Part shown: piece after piece, positions 60,115 through 64,000 of the stretch
Numbering within the stretch: the first letter of the stretch is position 1
How the letters are laid out: every line of letters starts with the position of its first letter
Source: Malacoraja senta
Lineage: Eukaryota
NCBI GenBank assembly: GCA_038087875.1
Contig: CM075988.1
Coordinates: forward strand, 20,276,001 to 20,340,000
DNA: 64,000 bases
Reading direction: 5' to 3'
Notes under the pieces: model-generated
The model's input: the letters and a program-made list of their open reading frames with translations, nothing else
What the model was told of the DNA's origin: nothing
Database searches by the model: none
Translations under genes and position numbers: made by a program

Positions 60115-60420
60115 AATAAATTGCAGATGCTGGACTCTGGAGCCAAAATAAAGGAGAGCTGCTGGCAAAACGGTGTGCCAGGCAGCATCTGTGGAGGGAG
60201 ATGGATTGACAACAATTTGGGTTGGGACCCTTCACCTAGACTGAGTTTGGGGGAAATAGCCAAAGTAACGAGGTGGGGGGGGGGGTGAGGTGGTGACTGG
60301 AGAGGTGGTGTTCATTGGCGGTTGAGTGGAGTGAAGGAACGAGTTGGCGGGGTGGTGATGAGTGAAGAACAAAAGACTGCAGATTCTGGAACTGGATTGG
60401 GATGGGAGGTGGAGAATGGA
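60115..60420 (-). mobile_element. Penelope-like 3' end (arm plus purine-rich strand)
   Basis: TGCAGATGCTGG...CAGGCAGCATCTGTGGAGGG...GGGACCCTTCACCTAGACTG then G-rich tract. Confidence 0.7.
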
Positions 60421-60697
60421 CCTGTATGGTCCATGCCAACCAGCAATCACCTGTTCTCGCTAGTTCTATGATATTTTACTTTCATATCCACTCGCTACAC
60501 GCAAGGGGCCATTTACAGTAGCCAATTAACCTACAAACCCACACATCTTTGGGAGGAAACTGGAGCACCTAGAGGAAACCCATGCGGTCACGGAGAACGT
60601 GCCTAGGCCACGCAGACAGCACCCGTGGTCAGGATCGAACCTGGGTCTCTGGCGCTGTGAGGCAGCAACTTTACCTGCTCAGCCACTGTGTCACCCT
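60420..60697 (-). mobile_element. HE1-type SINE
   Basis: GCCAATTAACCTACAAACCC...CAGGATCGAACCTGGGTCTCTGGCGCTGTGAGGCAGC. Confidence 0.88.
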
Positions 60698-61754
60698 TAG
60701 TTCATTGTCATTTTGAGAACAATGTTGTGTGAAGTCAAATTGATGGAAGCACGCTGAAGAATTGAATCTTTATTATTCACTGGCAGGTTTAATCCCTGGT
60801 TATTTGATTCCCAACAGTTGCAGCTTCCAACACATTTTAACAGTTAACATAACCTAATGTTCTCTAATTGTATTTAGATTGATTCATTTCAGTGGCATGT
60901 TTTAGCCCAGGTATTTGGTTGCGCAGGTCAGAGTCACTGTGGCATGCGCACAATCGCATTTACTGAGAGCTGTATTTGAAGATTTATCAAGTGGAGCTTT
61001 GAATCGGCAAAGCTGCCGGCTTTATCGGGAATTCCTGAGCAAGTGAGCCGACGGCCTCACTGAAACAGATACCGCTGGTATGTGTTGCTCTGCAGTAGTC
61101 CGCCCAATGTCACTGTGCACTCTCCGGGGCTCGGAGGTGGAAAATGCAAAATCTTTCACGCAATTTCCTGACGACACTTGTGACACCTTCGTCCTAGTTA
61201 CAATTCAGACTGGACTCTGAGCTTCCAGGAAGGAAGTCTGTGCACGGGAAAGTGTGAATGACATGAGTCTCGCCGACCTCTTCGAATGAGCCATATAAGG
61301 AGCGCTATAAGGCTGCTGTACTTGTTTGGCAAATGAGCATAAAAGTGTGCATGGCGTTCAGTTTGACAATGCAATAAAGTTGTCAACAGCTCATCGAGCA
61401 CCTCAACGGGACAGAACTTTATGTTCCCTGGTAACTCGTACTTGTGTCACTAGTTGGCATTATCTGCAGGACCATAGGCAACTGTTTGAAGACGAGAGAG
61501 CAGCCAAGAGTTCCCACTGCCAAACGACCCTTCATCTTACACTAGTCTCCCCTGCTCGGGTCCTGTGTTTTATTAACCACGGCAGCTGACAATAAATCAG
61601 CAGGATATCTTTGCTCAGACTATCAGAAAGGAAAGTTAAATTGTTTCTCAATCCTTGAACAAACCAGCACAACTGAACAGAAGAAAAAATCAAATCTCCA
61701 AGCAACAAAAGGGGGAGGGGAGGGGGGGGGGAGCATATTTGTCTTAAAACATTC

Positions 61755-62580
61755 ATGCTGTTGGCATTGAGTATAAGAGTCTGGAAGTCATGATAGAGCT
61801 CCTAGACCTAATTGTCCGCACGGTGGTGCAGGGGTAGAGTTCTGCCTTACAGCGCCAGGGACATGGGGTTAGACCATGACTACGGGTGCTGACTGTACAG
61901 AGTTTGTACGTTCTCCCTGTGACTGCGCGGGTCTTCCTCGGGTGCTCTGGTTTCCTCCCGCGCTCCAAATCTTGTCTGTTTCCACCATACCAAACAACAT
62001 TTTGGTGGTTCAGCATTTGGAGCAACGTGTGCAGTTCTGGTCACCTCATTACAGGAAGGACGCGGAGGTTTTGGAGAGAATGCAGAAGAGGTTTCTCAGA
62101 ATATTGCCTGAATTGCAGAGTATTAGCTACAAGGAGATGTTAGACAAACTCGACTTGTTTTTTCTGGAAAGGAGACGATGGAAGTTTATAAAATTACGAG
62201 AGGCACAAATAGGGTAGACAATCAAACTTTTTCCCAGAATAAAAATATCAAAGACTAGAGGGCATAGCTTTTGGGTCAGAGGGGGCAAAGTTTAAAGGAG
62301 ATGTGCAGGGCCATTTTAAAAAATATATATATCCAGAGGGTACCTGGAACGCGCTGCTGGGTTGGTGGAGGTAGATAGGATAGTGGTGTTTTTTGTTAGG
62401 AGGCTTTTGGATAAGCATGTTTCCTGGTAGTTAATACCCTGCAATCCAGGCAGTATTCTGGCAAACATCTTCTGCATTCTCTCCAAAACCTCCACATCCT
62501 GCAATGAGTCAACCAGAACTGCACACTCTAGTCCAAATACAGCCCAACCAAAGTGTTATAGAGCTGTATCACAACTTTAA
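61755..62580. mobile_element. CR1 (+) interrupted by an HE1 5' half (~61815-61970), followed by an inverted CR1 piece
   Basis: HLEQRVQFWSPHYRKDAEVLERMQKRF; reverse copy QDVEVLERMQKMFARILPGL at ~62425-62504. Confidence 0.82.
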
Positions 62581-63094
62581 TGTTCCTGCAAATATCAGGT
62601 TCGTAAACCAACCACACATCCCTAATCCTAACACTACGGCCCACCTCTTGAACAGCTATGAACCTTTTTTTCTATTTACATTTTTATACTAATTTCTTAT
62701 TTTTGGACCGACTTTCTTTTAGACGTTCATGTGTAACGTGTGTATCATTTGTTTTTTGTGTTTGTCTGTGTGCCTGTGATGCTGCTGAAAGCAAGAATTT
62801 CATTGTACCTGTCCCTCTGCACTTGTGCACATGGCCATGAACTTGAGGTGGACCTTTGGGACCCAGTCCTGACAGTAATGGATAGCCAGCAGGTCCTTAG
62901 AGGCCTACTGTCCACCTGCAGTGTGCTCTAGACTTCACCTGTGGAACATGATGGAGATCACATCTGACCTCTGAGTTGGGGTTGAGCTCAGAGTTGGAAC
63001 AATCAGCAAGGCTCCAATCAACCGCGCCGACAGATCACATTGTTGCTATCGTACTGCCTCTGGCAGCTTGCAACAGAACCAGCCCATCTCACAG

Positions 63095-63520
63095 ATCAGA
63101 CTCTCATCACTGACTACTCTGGGAAAGCAGCCAACCTAATCAAGGACCTTTTCCACCATGGCCTCATCTCCTTGCTGACCTTGGGCAGAAGATACAAAAG
63201 CTGGTAAACGCACACCAGCTGACTTTTGGCACTTTGGCCTTCATCAAGGCTTTTGGCAGGAGGATGAGGGGAGATCTTATAGAGGTGTACAAAATCATGA
63301 GAGGAATAGATCGGGTAGATGCATAGTCTTTTGTCCAAAGTAGGGGAATTGAGGACCAGAGGACATAGGTTCAAGGTGAGGGGGAAATAATTTAATAAGA
63401 ATGTGAGGGGTAACTTTTTCACACAAAGGGTGGTAGGTGTATAAAACATGCTGCCAGTTTCCACACTATCACTCTGACTCTATGACTCTGGAACAGCTTC
63501 TTTCCCTCTTATCAGACTAC
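63095..63520 (+). mobile_element. Rex1/Babar fragment interrupted by a CR1 fragment (~63225-63490)
   Basis: GGAAAGCAGCCAACCTAATCAAGGAC...GGGCAGAAGATACAAAAGCT [CR1] GGAACAGCTTCTTTCCCTCT. Confidence 0.78.
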
Positions 63521-63523
63521 AGT

Positions 63524-63815
63524 TTTTAGTTTAGTTTTAGAGATACAGCGCGGAAACAGATCGTTCGGCCCACCGAGTCAGCTTCGACCAGCGGTCCCTG
63601 CACATTCAGAATATCCGACACAGAGACACAGAGACACTTTTACAAAGCCAAGTAACAAATCTATACGTCTTTGGAGTGTGGGAGGAAACCAGAGCACCCA
63701 GAGAAAACCCACACGTTCACGGGGAGAACGTACAAACTCCATACAGAAAGCACCCATAGTCAAGATCGAACCCGGGTCTCAGGCGCTGTAAGACTAATCC
63801 TACTGCTGTGCCGCC
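63524..63815 (-). mobile_element. HE1-type SINE
   Basis: TTTAGAGATACAGCGCGGAAACAG...CAAGATCGAACCCGGGTCTC...GCTGTGCCGCC. Confidence 0.9.
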
Positions 63816-64000
63816 TAAATTTTCTGTATTTTTTTACTCTGCAAGCTTAGTCAGATAATTGACTCCAGAAACTCTCTTCACCTGTCAGATACAAAGGGCA
63901 AGAACCATGTTTAAAATCTGAGTCAACAGGACATTAATGTTATAACAGGTGTTTATATGTACTGTGCCTCCACATATGCTCCACAAGGACGATGCATTTA

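Noticed and set aside
1..64000. ORF-track entries as host genes
   Set aside because: Those with recognisable motifs are CR1, Rex1, RTE or Vingi fragments or antisense/off-frame readings of SINEs and arms; the rest are short, with no recognisable domain or consistent exon chain.

Overview
Repeat-rich, apparently non-coding vertebrate DNA (large intron or intergenic). The repeat repertoire points to a cartilaginous fish, probably a skate or ray; this is inferred from recognised repeat families, not from a search. I found no host protein-coding exon I can support, and nearly all informative ORFs are retroelement debris. Contents: about 20 HE1-type tRNA-derived V-SINEs; many CR1 (HER1-type) LINE 3' fragments, including a young 1.1-kb RT fragment; Rex1/Babar, L2, RTE and one young Vingi-like LINE fragment; DeuSINE (SacSINE1-like) relics; and a small unclassified GC-rich retroposon family. 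The most notable system is roughly 30 short dispersed elements. The better-preserved copies carry a minimal hammerhead-ribozyme core (CTGA[A/T]GA-A-GGGTCNCGACCC-GAAA-CG-TC). They occur as solo arms, fold-back palindromes, tandem arrays and one copy with captured filler, and several have 11-14 bp target-site duplications. A Penelope-like GIY-YIG endonuclease remnant ending in the same motif (53046-53370) identifies the likely autonomous partner. Repeat boundaries are by eye, typically within 10-30 bp; motif and TSD coordinates were counted directly.
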